Translations under genes and position numbers: made by a program
Shown: positions 61,550 through 64,000 of the stretch, piece by piece
Layout of the letters: the number at the start of each line of letters is the position of its first letter
Numbering within the stretch: position 1 is the first letter of the stretch
Source of the DNA: Lingula anatina
Lineage: Eukaryota > Animalia > Brachiopoda
Assembly: GCA_051362555.1 (NCBI GenBank)
Contig: CM120644.1
Span: forward strand, 2,674,954 to 2,738,953
Length of the DNA stretch: 64,000 nucleotides
Reading direction: 5' to 3'
The notes under the pieces: model-generated
Database searches by the model: none
The model's input: the letters and a program-made list of their open reading frames with translations, nothing else
What the model was told of the DNA's origin: nothing

Positions 61550-63345
61550 GGCGGAAGTAGTCAGTCGCGTTGTGTTCGTGCGGAGGTCGAGCTCTGTTGC
61601 ATGTAGGCGATTTCAAGGTAGGTAAAATACCGCTTTTAGTCTTGTAGTTTCTCTGAAAATGTATGTGCAGAAGGGAAAACTAACAAGGTTCACTTGTGTG
61701 TAAAATTTGCAATATTTTGGAGCAGATGTCATCGTGAAAAATTGCCTTCAATCCGTTGTTGCATTCTAATTAGCAATATGGCGACGAACAAGCAAGTCTG
61801 AATGCCTTGTTACCTAAGGTCTAACACGGGTAATTTGATTTTTTATACGTTGAATTTTATATTATTGATGACTGAATAACACGTTGGTTTTATTGGTTGA
61901 TAATTTAATTTAAAACGGCTTCGTTTTCTATGAAAATTTAAACAATAATTCGGGCAATATAGCAAGATGGCGGTGCAGATCATAATCGCCGGGTTCAAAT
62001 GCAAAGCCGAGCACGAAAGTGGATCTGCACAATGCGTTGACAGTTTTACTATGTCCATCTAAACAAGCAGTGGACGGCCCTAGGGATAAACTTAGTTAAG
62101 ATTTAGCTTGTTTTCTTGGAAATATTTATCAGTAAAGATGACGATAAAACAAGATGGCGGGGACTATCGTTATCGAGGGGCTTAAAGTGCAAGGCCAAAC
62201 ATGAAATTGGACCTGTACTTTGAGTTGACAGTTAAACTGTGTCCATCTAAACAAGTAGTGGAAGGTCTTAGGGATAAACTTAGTTAAAATTTAGCTTGTT
62301 TTCTTGGAAATATTTATCGGTAAAGATGACGATAAAACAAGATGGCGGCAACTATCGTTATCGAGGGGCTTAAAATGCAAGGCCAAACACGAAATTGGAC
62401 CTGTACTTTGCGTTGACAGTTGAACTGTGTCCATCTTAATAAGTAGTGGAAGGCCTTAGGGATAAACTTAGATAAAATTAACGTAGTTTCTTAGAAATAT
62501 TTATTGGTAAAGATGACAATAAAACAAGATGGCGGCAACTATCGTTATCAATGGGCAACAAACGATGGTATTTTTATCCGTGATTTATACCTAAGTAAAA
62601 CAATGCGATAAAATGTGTCTCACATCCTTATAATCATTATTTTTGTTTTCAGATGCCATTAAAATGGGTAAAGGCTCACAGGAGAAAAAATAAATAGAAA
62701 AATCTGGCAGCAAAAATCGGTAAGCTTTCTGGTCTATAACTAGAACTTAAGTTTATGGAGTTGAAAGTAAAATGTTTTATATACATGGGCACTATTATTC
62801 TGTCCCCGGCAACATTATTTCCAGTATAGAATACAAAGGCTACATGTAGTTGCTCTCACCACAGTGGACTTACACAAATGACAAATAATAAGAGACTAGC
62901 ACATGTCAGAACCTTTTTAACAGTAAAATATTATTTTATTATCTCAGATGAATGTAATAATACAAGTGTTGCAGATGATTTAGTTGCACCACTGTCAAGT
63001 TTGCTAAGTGATTGTCAACAATCAGAATGACACACTGATGTATTAAATAAGCAAATGATTCACAACAAAATTGTAAGCTGCCCGAAATTAAATATTTAAT
63101 TTTTGCTCGATAGTTTTACAAGTGCACAAAGAGCTAGGTCAGTGTTGTCCGCACAGTGGACTTTAACATAACATGAGCAATTAACACATGTCAGCATCTT
63201 TTTAACTGTGTGATAATATTTTTTCAGATATATGTTGCAATGGAAGTGATTCTGATGACGACGTACCTCTGTCAAGTTAACTCGGTGCTACTCAAGAACC
63301 TGACAGGCACATTGATATTTCAGCAAATGGACCACCTTGAAACTA
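61550..63345 (+). pseudogene. Decayed spliced gene, probably transposon-derived
   Basis: GC-rich leader ending AAG|GTAGGT at 61617. Exon-like segments 62653-62719 (ttttcag|ATG...G|GTAAG), 62948-63072 and 63228-~63345, each with in-frame stops. The last two are paralogous (DDLVAPLSSL / DDDVPLSS*). Confidence 0.45.
61900..62555. repeat. ~188-bp tandem repeat, ~3.3 copies
   Basis: aagatggcgg at 61964, 62151, 62339 and 62526. tagggataaacttag recurs with the same period. Confidence 0.9.
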
Positions 63346-64000
63346 GCCATATGTTGTTCTTCATGAAAAAACAAATATATCACTATAAATTGTCTCCCTT
63401 CTGTAAACTCTGAAGTTTAGTGTACTGTCAAGTCTAGGTTGGAATTGGTCAGTAGTGCTCTTAGCAATAGATAAATATTATCATCAAGTGCATAATTTTA
63501 TTGAATGAGATATTAATCCTGAAACAAGTCAAAATAGGGGGAAAATGCTATAATTCTTTGTCATGTGAAACTAGTACTCCTAAATAAATTACCTATCTGT
63601 TGTGATTGTGTCAGTCAGTGGTATCTAAAGGTGTTAACATTTTTATTTGCATTTCAATTTCTGTGCCTTATTAAATCTATAATAAAATGCTTATGAACAG
63701 AATATGACTTGTATTATGTTACTTTAACAGCCAGAAATGAATGATCAGTTTTAAATGCCAAATCTGATGAAATGTTGATAATTTTTAGCAATCATCTTTT
63801 AATTAGTCATTTTTTAGTGAGATGGCAAACAAAATTGTTACACATATTATTCTTCCAATACATTCTGTGGAAGATGTTCAAAAGACTGATGTTTCAAAAC
63901 TGATTTTGCATGATTAAGAAGTCGCATGATTAAGAAGTCGCAAGGAAACTATATTGCATGTGTTCTTTATAAATATGAAAAAAACGAGTTTACTTTTATT

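Overview
AT-rich, intron-containing animal genomic DNA. The repeat types suggest a mollusc or other lophotrochozoan (inference). The left half (~3-28.8 kb) is a tandem array of four single-coding-exon LicD/fukutin-family type II membrane phosphotransferase genes: two look intact, one is a pseudogene, and one has an intact ORF with a D->G change in the DxD motif. The duplication unit also carried dead copies of the 3' exons of the neighbouring gene. Next come a 9-exon CFAP210/CCDC173 gene (minus strand), head-to-head with PHOSPHO2 as in human, and an 11-exon PHGDH gene with ATF4-type response elements. The right third is mostly transposon-derived: a foldback-like element, a truncated Helitron-type ORF with higher-order peptide repeats, a Helentron-like element with a 145-bp DR1-bearing satellite, and a decayed spliced gene with a 188-bp YY1-motif repeat. 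The most notable hidden feature is a ~690-bp insertion (6627-7313) with 33-bp terminal redundancy. It contains a complete minimal type I hammerhead ribozyme fold (Penelope-like or retrozyme-like), and its empty site is visible in two paralogous repeat units. Exon coordinates were read by eye from GT-AG boundaries and frame continuity. No database searches were run.
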